From positions 1 through 64,000 of the forward strand of contig CBDHHL010000049.1 in assembly GCA_965263355.1 (NCBI GenBank): a DNA stretch of 64,000 nucleotides. The letters are read 5' to 3'. This document shows positions 17,847 to 27,271 of this stretch, in pieces (position 1 is the first letter of the stretch; each line of letters opens with the position of its first letter). The DNA comes from Leptolyngbyaceae cyanobacterium. GTDB lineage: Bacteria; Cyanobacteriota; Cyanobacteriia; Phormidesmidales; Phormidesmidaceae. The position numbers and the translations under genes were made by a program. The notes under the pieces are model-generated. The model saw only the letters and a list, made by a program, of their open reading frames with translations, did not search any database and was not told where the DNA came from.

Positions 17847-19885
17847 AGCTCCATTGTAGCAAAGTGTTCTAGCAGCATTCGATGGACAAAGATATAGCCA
17901 CCGCCAACTTTTTGGAGGAAGAGATGATCCGTGGCATAATTCAAAAAGCGAGCATAGTTCCAGGGGATGTATCCATTGATATAAAGCATCAATCGCAACA
18001 TAAAGTGTTTGATGCAAGCTAAACTACCCCCCCCGATAAGGCCAATGGCTAAACCAACACTCAAGCCACTGATGATTCCATCGCCGAACTCACCAGTTAT
18101 CCCTCCGGCCAGTCCCCCCACCAGTCCCCCCGTACATCCACCTGCCAGACCAAAAATCCCAGCACTCTTGGCTGACATCCAAATAGCTTGATTGGGAACT
18201 GTCTTGGCTTCAATGTCTAAGCCACCTAGACCATTGGTGATCCCATAGGTTAGACCGGCAATTAGGCCCAATGCTCCATCTAAAGGTCGCACCGTCGTCA
18301 GTGCTCTACGGGCTTGTAGGGCCGCTTTTACTCCAGCGGGCCCCTGATCAATAAATTCAACAATTTGCCCAATCAAAAAACCAGATAATGCACCAATCAG
18401 AGCGTACCGGAGAATCTGATTTCTCGCCGTTTTCCAAGAGTATTTCAAGTTACCAACAGTATTAATGTCAGCTCGGCTAAAGCCAATAACTGTGCCTACA
18501 ATCCCTCCACTCAGTAAGCCGATGATCAATCCTTGGGAGAGGCTATACAATAAGCCCTCATGACGTATGAACACTTCTAAAAGGACTTGACTCATCAATC
18601 CATAAACCATCCCAAAAACAACTCCAATCAGCATCGAAAAACTGACTCGATAGACTAGCTTATGGACTTGTTTGACCAATAAATTTGGCTGCAAAGCCTC
18701 AATCAAAAACATCGTTTGAGACCCTTGATACATCTGCCGTGCCAACCAGATCAGCCAACGGGTAGTTTTTCCTTTAGAATATTGCTGTGTTGTTCCACGT
18801 CGTTGGAACATGCGCTCAATATAGGTATCAAGTAAGCGTCGACTCCATGCTGTAACAGTAGGCAATTGAGGGAGATCTTCCACAGCGCAACTTTCATAAG
18901 CGAGACTCATCACACCTAAAATCAGGGGCGATGAAGCAAATGCTTTGAGATCAGAATTTTCCTGTATAACTGTTTTTAAGGCCTGTAGTTGCTCGCCGGC
19001 CTGTTCTAGGTACCAATCGATTTGTACTGAAGTCAAGGGCTGCACATAAATGGCACTGCGTAGTATTAACTGCTCAGAAAGCGCCTCATAGTCATGAACA
19101 CGGCAACACACCACCATTTCCGTCAAGCCATGGTGCTGGATGAAGTCATTTAAGGCTTTTACACAGGCATTTCGGTATTTCTCCTTTACCTCATCTAGGC
19201 CATCTAACAACAAGATTAATTGTTCCTCTGCAATCCATGCTTGACCTAATGACTTAGAGACTTGATAGGTTTCATAGAGTTCTTGTACTAGCCAATCTGC
19301 AATAGGTTTTTGTTGCTTGCCCCAAGATGATAGGTTTACCACCACCGGTAAGGGCTGGCTTAGGTCATTTTCTGTTCGACTCAGTAGACTTTCTGCCAGT
19401 TTAAGTAAGGTCACTGTTTTACCGGCACCGGGCTCTCCTAAAATCAATAGAGTACGCCCCGCACCAATTTCTTCAAAAACAGCAGCAGCTGATGTGCCGA
19501 TAGGCAAATTTGATCGCGCCTCTGAAGAAAACTCGTTTACCTCTGTTAGAGGATTGGGCACATAGTGATTTCGCTCTTCTAATCCTAGTTCAATTAAAAC
19601 TTGAGTATGTAGTGAGTTGGCTAAGACTCCATCGATCCAAAATTGTTTAACTTTACTAAGCAGAACGCTACGCCATGCATACTCTTTCCGGTTAAGGGAG
19701 TTGGCGGTGCTCAGGGGTGTTTGATCTACTTGAACCGAGCCAAAGACATTGAGCGTTCCCACCTTGCCTTGTATTTGGGTTAAGCGTAGGTCGCGTCCTG
19801 CGATCCCCCCGATTTGGACCGTTTCCAGAGCGCTGTCCGAAATATTGAGGGTCTGATTTGGCTGCTTAGAGAACTGCTCACTCAT
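17843..19885 (-). CDS. NACHT-domain NTPase with N-terminal VQIGGIAGRD motif and C-terminal Gly-rich transmembrane region (paralog 1)
   Basis: Walker A GEPGAGKT, Walker B LLLDGLDE, terminal FLQKVGGGYIFVHRMLLEHFA shared with paralog 2. Confidence 0.9.
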   Translation of the reverse strand: MSEQFSKQPNQTLNISDSALETVQIGGIAGRDLRLTQIQGKVGTLNVFGSVQVDQTPLSTANSLNRKEYAWRSVLLSKVKQFWIDGVLANSLHTQVLIELGLEERNHYVPNPLTEVNEFSSEARSNLPIGTSAAAVFEEIGAGRTLLILGEPGAGKTVTLLKLAESLLSRTENDLSQPLPVVVNLSSWGKQQKPIADWLVQELYETYQVSKSLGQAWIAEEQLILLLDGLDEVKEKYRNACVKALNDFIQHHGLTEMVVCCRVHDYEALSEQLILRSAIYVQPLTSVQIDWYLEQAGEQLQALKTVIQENSDLKAFASSPLILGVMSLAYESCAVEDLPQLPTVTAWSRRLLDTYIERMFQRRGTTQQYSKGKTTRWLIWLARQMYQGSQTMFLIEALQPNLLVKQVHKLVYRVSFSMLIGVVFGMVYGLMSQVLLEVFIRHEGLLYSLSQGLIIGLLSGGIVGTVIGFSRADINTVGNLKYSWKTARNQILRYALIGALSGFLIGQIVEFIDQGPAGVKAALQARRALTTVRPLDGALGLIAGLTYGITNGLGGLDIEAKTVPNQAIWMSAKSAGIFGLAGGCTGGLVGGLAGGITGEFGDGIISGLSVGLAIGLIGGGSLACIKHFMLRLMLYINGYIPWNYARFLNYATDHLFLQKVGGGYIFVHRMLLEHFATMEL

Positions 19886-19898
19886 CGCTCAACTAATC

Positions 19899-20333
19899 TC
19901 AAATTAAAAAGCCTGCAGCCACTCCCAACCACGGACTTAGCGTTTCTAAAATGGGTTGCACTTTCTCCCAAAGACTGGTTCCAGCTTCTACCGTTTCTCC
20001 AGCATCCTTCAAAACCTTGGTTGCTCGCTGTAAGCTCTTAGCTGCAAATTCCTTATCCGGCTCGTCGGCCTGCACTTCATCTTTAGCCGTCTCTATACTT
20101 CGCACTGCCTTTGCTTTCTCTGTGGTTGATAGCTCTGAGCTTTCAAGCAGCGCCTTCAGCTGATCCAATAGATTCGCTACATCCATAGGCGTCAGGGACT
20201 GCTCGGAAACCCCTTCACCAATCTGCTGAGTTTGAGTCACTGATTGATCTCGACCAGCAATGCCACCAATCTGGACATTTGACATCTGCCCGCCACTAAT
20301 CTGAATTGATTGAGATGCCTGATTCTCAGTCAT
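19899..20333 (-). CDS. Small protein with N-terminal VQIGGIAGRD motif and helical C-terminal domain
   Basis: 144-aa ORF with GAGG ribosome-binding site, ending 13 bp upstream of NACHT paralog 1; Q/S/G-rich N-terminus, amphipathic helices, hydrophobic tail. Confidence 0.85.
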   Translation of the reverse strand: MTENQASQSIQISGGQMSNVQIGGIAGRDQSVTQTQQIGEGVSEQSLTPMDVANLLDQLKALLESSELSTTEKAKAVRSIETAKDEVQADEPDKEFAAKSLQRATKVLKDAGETVEAGTSLWEKVQPILETLSPWLGVAAGFLI

Positions 20334-20663
20334 ACGGACCTCTACAGAATGAGCGATACATCAATAATTAGAACATCACGGTTACAATGCCTGATTCACA
20401 ACTTATTTTGATGATTGTAATGATCTGTAATTAGGGATTGCCCCTACGGACTGATGCATTTTTTATCGGTGTTAATGGACTCGGAGTTGTATAACATGCA
20501 GAAGAAATATGTAAGCTATTACAGCTGCTTCTGTTGAACTCTGTGGTGCTATTTTGCCCGATGGAACACTTTTTACCTGCGACCAGTAAATAACTGCTAG
20601 CTTTGCTCGCTCGATTGCATCATATTGGCCAGAGCCGCTGTGGTAGCCTACCCATGTGCAGAC

Positions 20664-21497
20664 TTATAATTGTCCCCTGGCTTTAACTTGCCCATACAGG
20701 GTTTCCATAGCTTTAATAAATGAATTATCCCGATGCCAAAAGGCAGGAAAGTCTCCCTGTTTTTTGATAGGAATCGCTGATACTGGATTTTCTGATAGCG
20801 CCTCTATGGTTTGAGGTAATCGCTTTTTGCCATGCCAAAATTCCCGCAACTCAGTTTTATCAGATACACCCAGAATTTCTGGCGATGCGTAGTAAGAATT
20901 GACTGGTTGCGGTTCGGCCTGTTCCAACTGTAGTTCTGCTGATAGGGCCTGTCCTAAAGGAGACTTTGCCAGTTCTTTTAATAAGTTCTGTCGTGATAAA
21001 CCTCGCAGTTCAAATAACAGAAATGGATCCTGGTCCAGCTCTGCCGCTACTAAATAGTATACCCCGGCAATATGCTTGCATGGATTACTCCAGTCCGGAC
21101 AAGAACAGCTAGTCTTAAAGTCTTTGCGGCTGCCTGGCAATAGGTTCAGGTCCAGTTGTTGAAAGGTTTCTTCTATATTGTCTGGAATCTCGTTGAGTAG
21201 CAGTCGAGAAATAATACTGGCTTTGGATGCCATCAAGGCAATGGCCGCTGACCATTTGGCCTGACTCAGGGGCTGAAATTCAATGGTGATATGGTAAAGA
21301 GGTTCTTTATAGACACCAAAATAAGGGTTAACCGATCCTTGTACCTGGGCTGTGATCAGATTTCCATCAATGTCAAAGCCCTTTACCTTCTTGCCTCGGG
21401 CATAGGAGCGTCCTCGACTAAGGCGACCAGCATCTGTGAGTTTCTCAATGGCAGTGATAAATTGTTGTCCCCACCAGCTACGACTAAATTGACCCAT
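20664..21497 (-). CDS. SWIM zinc-finger protein
   Basis: CSCPDWSNPCKH SWIM motif, GRLSRGRSYARG N-terminal motif, DPFLLFELRG. Confidence 0.92.
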   Translation of the reverse strand: MGQFSRSWWGQQFITAIEKLTDAGRLSRGRSYARGKKVKGFDIDGNLITAQVQGSVNPYFGVYKEPLYHITIEFQPLSQAKWSAAIALMASKASIISRLLLNEIPDNIEETFQQLDLNLLPGSRKDFKTSCSCPDWSNPCKHIAGVYYLVAAELDQDPFLLFELRGLSRQNLLKELAKSPLGQALSAELQLEQAEPQPVNSYYASPEILGVSDKTELREFWHGKKRLPQTIEALSENPVSAIPIKKQGDFPAFWHRDNSFIKAMETLYGQVKARGQL

Positions 21498-21511
21498 GGT
21501 ATTGCTCCCCC

Positions 21512-24500
21512 TTATTCCATAATTGCGCTTTTGTTCAATGAAATTAGCTGTCTAAAGGCATTGTCATCTAGTTCCGTTAGCCAGGATTCATCAGAACCGA
21601 CAATGGAACCAGCCAATTTCTTTTTGTCTTCAATCATTTCGTCAATGCGTTCTTCCAGGGTGCCTATGGCGACAAACTTGTGGACGAACACGTTCTTTTT
21701 TTGGCCAATGCGAAAGGCACGATCCGTTGCTTGATCTTCTACTGACGGGTTCCACCAGCGGTCAAAGTGAAATACATGGTTGGCTTTGGTCAGGGTAATG
21801 CCCACACCACCAGCTTTTAAGGATAATACAAATACGGAGGGTTCTGTGTCTGGATCTTGGAATTCGGCAATCATGGCCTCACGCTTCTTTCGGGAGGTAC
21901 CCCCATGGAGATAATAGGTATGACAATGGAATGTTTGGCGGATGTATTTCTCTAGGGCGTTGCCGAGTTCGGTAAATTGGGTAAAGATCAGCAGACTATC
22001 GCGTTCTGCCCTGGCTTCTTCAATCATTTCGGTAAGGCGAGTGAGTTTGTGCGATCGCACCGCCGTAAACTCGCTGTCATCTTGCAAAAACTGTCGGGGG
22101 TGATTACACACCTGTTTTAGCTTGGTTAACGTACTTAAAATCAGACCTTTCCGTTGAATTCCTTCCACTTCCTGTAATTGCTGCTCTACATCTTTGACGA
22201 CGGCTTCATATAGCGAGGCCTGTTCTTTAGTCAAGTTACAGAACAGCTTTTGTTCCACCTTATCCGGCAGGTCTTTAATAATCGACTGATCTGTTTTTAC
22301 CCGTCGTAAGATAAAGGGTTCCACTAGCTTTTTGAGGGTGGCAGACTGACGGGGATCGTTGTTTTTTTGAATCGGTACCTCAAAACTTTTGCGAAATTGG
22401 GTTTGATTACCCAAATACCCCGGATTCAAAAAGTGAAAAATAGACCATAGATCCAGCAGTCGATTCTCAATCGGGGTGCCAGTGAGGGCCAGCCGATGGT
22501 GGGCCGAGAATTTACAAATGGCCTTGGTTAGAGCGGCTTTTGGGTTCTTAATATTTTGGGCTTCGTCCAGCACAATGCGGTGCCATTCAATTTGGTTAAA
22601 CAGTTTGGCATCTTTACGGGCCAGGGCAAAGGAGGTAATGATAATATCATGGTCACGACAGGCTTGTTTGAAGATTTTGGCGTCTTTGGCCCGCTCACTA
22701 CCATGGTGGACCGTTGCTGTAATGTGGGGCGCAAACTTTTGGATCTCCCGTCGCCAATTGCCAACAACGGAGGTAGGCGCAATCAATAGGGTAGGAGGTA
22801 GTTGGCTCTCTTTGGTGGCAGATTTAACCGTTTGCTTGCGACGTCCTTTCTGCGGTTTCTCAGGTTCGCGCTCCTGCACCAGACGGGCAATCACCTGGAC
22901 CGTTTTACCGAGACCCATATCATCTGCCAGACAGCCATTTAACCCCAGCTCTTCCAAATATTGTAGCCAGGATACACCGCGCTTTTGATACTCCCGTAGT
23001 TGTCCTTCAAAGCTATCGGGATTATCTACGGGGTGTAACTTAGTTTTATCGCTCAGCTTATTAAGCATGTCGGCGAGAATGTCTTTGCGATCGCACTCCA
23101 CCTCCAGTTCATCGTCCTTCCCCTTTGCCGTCAGCTTCATAAAGTCCAACAGCGACAACTCTGGATTTTCCTCCTGGTGTGTTTTCCAAAACTCCAGCAT
23201 CTGTTGCATCTTGTCCTGGTCCAGCTCTATCCACTGTCCCCGAAACTGAACCAAGGGTGTTTTCGCATTTACTAATTGGTGCCACTCTTTCTCGCTTACC
23301 TGTTCATCACCGATGGCCAGCTCATATTGGTACTCCACCAACCGCTCCAACGAGAAATAGCGCTTAGATTTATCTTTGCCTTCTGAGAGTGATTTTCCTT
23401 TAGCTTTGAGGCGGACTTTGGCTCGCTGTCGTCCCTGTGGTGTCCACCAGGCCGGGACAACTACCTTGTAACCCGCATTTTCCAGAATCCAGGCAGATTC
23501 TTTGAGGAAGTTGAATGCCTCATCCAAAGCTAACTGAATACCTACCGGCTGGTCTGTTTCCAACCCTTGCCATAGGGCTGAATAGATGCGAGATGCGTAG
23601 CCCAGGTTGAGCAACAGGTTTTGTTCAAAGTCCTGCCCTAATTGTTTTTGAACCTGCTTCTGTTGCTTGGTACCCATACGCCAATAATCATCTAGGGGTA
23701 ACTTGAGTGAGGGATCGTCCTTGGGGGCAACTTCAAATAAGAGCTGCCAGGGATCCTCAGGCTTAAGTGGGTCTTGTAAATGAAAGTACAGGTAGAAAGG
23801 CTGATTGGTTTGGGTGCGAACGATGAGATCGCGCCATGCCTGCCATTGTTGATACTGCCCCAACCCCTGTGATTGTGGCCAAACATTTAAGGAGAAACAA
23901 TGCGTCAGAATAGAGCCTGAGATAGTATTCTCAAACGCTTTTGTCAGCTGAGTATGGGTAACAATTTCAGTGAGCAAACATTCAGAAAAATGACGTAGTA
24001 ACGATAATCGATCATATAGCTGTGGTTCTTCACAGGGATCCACAAACCCCGCAGCACACATCAGCGGCATATACTCGACATACTGTTCTAGTAGAGTTTT
24101 ATACTCCTCGCCAATAAATTCCCATCCCCCATAGATTTCAAAGGAATGAAATGGCTCGCCACTGGTCGATTGTTTTCCCTTATCTGCAGATCGTTTTTGG
24201 GATGACGACCTTTTTTTTGACGTCTGGTGTTTAACTGTTTCCAGGAGGCGATACTTGAGTGAAGGAATGTAATGGTCCTTTAACATCACCCGTTTTAATG
24301 CTTGGGTAAAATGGAACCAAAATAGTAGGTCATTCCCTAACTGCAGCTCACTTAGATTATGTAACGTTAGAAAATGAAGTTCATTGAGTAACGGAATGAG
24401 AGAAGTGCTGCCCAATTTACTTTTGACAGGCACGGCACATGCAATTGGGCAACAATCCACTTCCCAATATTCGAACTCAAAGCTGTCTGGTAGCTCTATC

Positions 24501-24790
24501 TCCAGATAACGCGACAGTTCTAAGGATGGTAGCGGCTGATCATCAACGGTCGGCAATAAAAAATAGCAAGGCTCTATCCAGTCCTCCAGGGGCGTATTTT
24601 CGGGAGACCGAATTTTAAACTCATTTGTCAGTAAGTCTGCTAGCTCTTCACCCCCTAGTTGCAGTGGGTAACAGCCCTGCTCTTCAAGCATTGGTTTCTT
24701 TTCAGTGGTCTCTACCCAAAGATAAAACTGGCCTGCTTGGATAAAATCAGCTCCAGGTTCAGGGAGCCAGGTACCATGAAGAATTTGCAT
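21512..24790 (-). CDS. SNF2-family (SWI2/SNF2) helicase-like ATPase
   Basis: LREYQKRG, LADDMGLGKT, LDEAQNIKN, LTGTPIEN, SLKAGGVGITLT, QATDRAFRIGQ. Confidence 0.95.
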   Translation of the reverse strand: MQILHGTWLPEPGADFIQAGQFYLWVETTEKKPMLEEQGCYPLQLGGEELADLLTNEFKIRSPENTPLEDWIEPCYFLLPTVDDQPLPSLELSRYLEIELPDSFEFEYWEVDCCPIACAVPVKSKLGSTSLIPLLNELHFLTLHNLSELQLGNDLLFWFHFTQALKRVMLKDHYIPSLKYRLLETVKHQTSKKRSSSQKRSADKGKQSTSGEPFHSFEIYGGWEFIGEEYKTLLEQYVEYMPLMCAAGFVDPCEEPQLYDRLSLLRHFSECLLTEIVTHTQLTKAFENTISGSILTHCFSLNVWPQSQGLGQYQQWQAWRDLIVRTQTNQPFYLYFHLQDPLKPEDPWQLLFEVAPKDDPSLKLPLDDYWRMGTKQQKQVQKQLGQDFEQNLLLNLGYASRIYSALWQGLETDQPVGIQLALDEAFNFLKESAWILENAGYKVVVPAWWTPQGRQRAKVRLKAKGKSLSEGKDKSKRYFSLERLVEYQYELAIGDEQVSEKEWHQLVNAKTPLVQFRGQWIELDQDKMQQMLEFWKTHQEENPELSLLDFMKLTAKGKDDELEVECDRKDILADMLNKLSDKTKLHPVDNPDSFEGQLREYQKRGVSWLQYLEELGLNGCLADDMGLGKTVQVIARLVQEREPEKPQKGRRKQTVKSATKESQLPPTLLIAPTSVVGNWRREIQKFAPHITATVHHGSERAKDAKIFKQACRDHDIIITSFALARKDAKLFNQIEWHRIVLDEAQNIKNPKAALTKAICKFSAHHRLALTGTPIENRLLDLWSIFHFLNPGYLGNQTQFRKSFEVPIQKNNDPRQSATLKKLVEPFILRRVKTDQSIIKDLPDKVEQKLFCNLTKEQASLYEAVVKDVEQQLQEVEGIQRKGLILSTLTKLKQVCNHPRQFLQDDSEFTAVRSHKLTRLTEMIEEARAERDSLLIFTQFTELGNALEKYIRQTFHCHTYYLHGGTSRKKREAMIAEFQDPDTEPSVFVLSLKAGGVGITLTKANHVFHFDRWWNPSVEDQATDRAFRIGQKKNVFVHKFVAIGTLEERIDEMIEDKKKLAGSIVGSDESWLTELDDNAFRQLISLNKSAIME

Positions 24791-24890
24791 AGTGGCTAGC
24801 AGAAGATGCGTGACTAATTAATAAACCTTGACCAAGGTTTAACGTTAATTTAGCGCTCATACTAGCGTGTTTATCACTGCAAAATCATTA

Positions 24891-24925
24891 CAGTTGATGA
24901 CCAGTTGATGACCAGTTGATGACCA
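24891..24925. repeat. Short 11-bp tandem repeat (CAGTTGATGAC) x3
   Basis: Direct reading, immediately downstream of the 24930 stop. Confidence 0.7.
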
Positions 24926-24929
24926 AAGT

Positions 24930-25790
24930 CTACTGGCTGTTCAAAGCATGTCTTATCGCATCATATCGTCGCTGCTGGTCCCGATAGATAGCATCCCAGT
25001 GATTGCCTAAGCCTGGTGCATCCCAATACCCCGTATCCGGGTCTAGAAATGCTTTGCTCCTGGCCCAAACAATCTGTGACCGACTATCCATTGGCTGTTG
25101 TTTTGCTATATAAAGCCAGTCAATATAACCCCGATCCAGGGCTGCTAAGGGCGCTTGATTTGCCAGATCAATGCCATTGAGTTCTTCTAGCAGCGATAGG
25201 CTAAAGGTGCTTGCCTGGGCCTGGCGTCGTAGCTCTAGCGCCTGCTGTTGCAATCGTTTCAGTTGTTTTTGATCGGCTTCTTCCGGTGAGGCAGCCCCAT
25301 GCTGATATGAAAAACTCCCTAGGTTCCACGCCCCGTTGCCAGGGTCTATATGGCCATAGTAAGCATGGGTATATCCGCCTGTTGGTGTGCGTGTTCCCTC
25401 AGCGTTACCTACTGTTTTGGAGACGAGGGAATCAGTCCCTCCCGTAAATAATTCACCCATGGGATAAGGCTCAGTTTGGCTGATTGCCAGCCGATTAATA
25501 GGTTTTGAAGGACTCTCTGGCAAAAATGTCAGTGCAACAGGTGCGCTGACATTTGTTGTTGCACGAACGCTAGACTGAGCTGGTTGGGAAACGTCAAACT
25601 TGAGAGCAACTGGTTTAGCTTGGGCCATGGCTGCTGTGCCAAAACTGAGCGTGCCAAAACTAAGCGTCAGGCTAGTTAAGGTTGTAAGGATTGGTTTGAG
25701 GATGAAGTGTTGCATTGGTGATGAAGATAAGACGATAAAAGGATGGAGGGGATTATTCTGCAGTGGGCTCCCTTTGTGGGAGCCCATCAC
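24930..25790 (-). CDS. Exported hypothetical protein, possible lysozyme-like domain
   Basis: Signal-like segment ending AAMA-QA; VGNAEGTR...YYGHIDPGNG..NLGSFSYQ core. True start probably an internal Met (MQHFILK). Confidence 0.7.
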   Translation of the reverse strand: MMGSHKGSPLQNNPLHPFIVLSSSPMQHFILKPILTTLTSLTLSFGTLSFGTAAMAQAKPVALKFDVSQPAQSSVRATTNVSAPVALTFLPESPSKPINRLAISQTEPYPMGELFTGGTDSLVSKTVGNAEGTRTPTGGYTHAYYGHIDPGNGAWNLGSFSYQHGAASPEEADQKQLKRLQQQALELRRQAQASTFSLSLLEELNGIDLANQAPLAALDRGYIDWLYIAKQQPMDSRSQIVWARSKAFLDPDTGYWDAPGLGNHWDAIYRDQQRRYDAIRHALNSQ

Positions 25791-25829
25791 AGAGATATCC
25801 TCTATGGCTCTCGAAACCTTGTAAATGCT

Positions 25830-26294
25830 CTAAGAAGATTGATTTAGCAACTGTTCAATAAACCGTGCGGATGGTTCTACCATGGCCCAAGTGCCGTCTG
25901 GTTCTCGGCGCAGCATCGCAAAAATCAAATGATTTGCTCGTCCAATGCTCTGTCCCTGCTGTCTTGGTCCAAATTGAGTCCGACTAAGACCACACAGCCG
26001 AAACAGGTAAGCGGGCACGTCATCACTGGAGACCAGAACACAGCCCATTGTAGTCGGTTCAACAGTGCCATTAAACGGCATTCGCACCGCATCACCATCA
26101 AGATTAAGGCTAATGTCACCCAAGCTGCTGCTGACTGGGTACCCGGCGATCTCCGCTCCAATGGGTAAAGACCAACTCTGATGTAAATTGAGAGTGCGTG
26201 GTGCTGGCATAGAACGACCACAGCCTCCTGCAAAACTTACAGGAAGACCCAGCATTAGTCCCAGACTAAGGCATCTAAAAAAAGAGAATTTCAT
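25830..26294 (-). CDS. Exported/lipoprotein-like hypothetical protein
   Basis: Part of ORF 25830-26420; MKFSFFRCLSLGLMLGLPVSFAGGC signal-like N-terminus at ATG 26294. Confidence 0.65.
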   Translation of the reverse strand: MKFSFFRCLSLGLMLGLPVSFAGGCGRSMPAPRTLNLHQSWSLPIGAEIAGYPVSSSLGDISLNLDGDAVRMPFNGTVEPTTMGCVLVSSDDVPAYLFRLCGLSRTQFGPRQQGQSIGRANHLIFAMLRREPDGTWAMVEPSARFIEQLLNQSS

Positions 26295-26346
26295 GGGTAA
26301 GAATGTGAAAATGATTGTATGAGCATTCCCTGTGGATATCCTGAAC

Positions 26347-26853
26347 CTATTGAAAACTAAAGGAAAACCCGGCGTATTCATTCCCTTCATAGAGCATAAC
26401 CAGCCAGGTAGAGGGTGCAAAGGCGAGCGGGTAAGCTTCTCGGGTGGCAGTTACCCCATCGCGAATTTCCATGCTGGGCAACTGGCAGTAGGGTTCTGCC
26501 ACAATATCTCGAACAGTTTGTTGATTGGATCGTTCTGGTACGGTGAGAAGTTTGCCTAGCTGGGCTCTAGAGAGTATCGCAGATGACTGCACAATTTTTT
26601 GGCAGGTATCTTTGTGGGGCGCTGCAGCATCTGCTTTGAGATACGTGCCTGCATTGAGTAGTAGACCCATGGCGGCGATCCCCCAACCAGCAGCCAGAAA
26701 ATAGCGACTATGCCACCATGGAGTAGTGATTTTTGGCCGTTTAGAACTGAAGGTTTTGAGAAATGAATGGGTTGTCCGTCGTCTAGCTTTGTGGGGAGCA
26801 GGACGCTGGGCATGACGGTGAACTGTAGGACGAGGAGAAATATGTGGTGTCAT
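26347..26853 (-). CDS. Membrane-anchored hypothetical protein
   Basis: Basic N-terminus, one hydrophobic helix, small C-terminal domain with two Cys. Confidence 0.7.
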   Translation of the reverse strand: MTPHISPRPTVHRHAQRPAPHKARRRTTHSFLKTFSSKRPKITTPWWHSRYFLAAGWGIAAMGLLLNAGTYLKADAAAPHKDTCQKIVQSSAILSRAQLGKLLTVPERSNQQTVRDIVAEPYCQLPSMEIRDGVTATREAYPLAFAPSTWLVMLYEGNEYAGFSFSFQ

Positions 26854-27271
26854 CGGCGTGTTTGGGGATGAATGGATGATGAGTTGAATGAAAGTACTCC
26901 ACAGTCCGTCAAGGAAACCGTGGATAGGGCTGTGTGCACTAAACTTGCAAAAAAAATTGTGGTGTTCTGTACCTGTCTACAAGTATAGGAGAAAGATTTT
27001 CAGATGAGTATAGTGAGTTGTGCGTATGATCGACCGTAAAACCCCTATAATCCTTGTCTATAAAAGGAAATGGCGTCTGCTTAAATTGTTTCCCTCAACC
27101 TTTGCAACAGGTTTTTGGGATTGTCCATTGGAAACTATATATTTGTGCAACACAGTCCTATTTTGTATTGGTCTGTCAGGATTGAATTTTTGGGTGGAAC
27201 GGTGAGTAATAAGTGGTGTTTCACTCCAAAAAATAAAAGTTGGCGAACTACGGGGCTATTGAGGGGATGGA

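Noticed and set aside
17847..18017. 57-aa N-terminal extension of the 723-aa NACHT ORF
   Set aside because: It overlaps the upstream paralog; alignment with that paralog and the ATGA overlap place the start at 17846.
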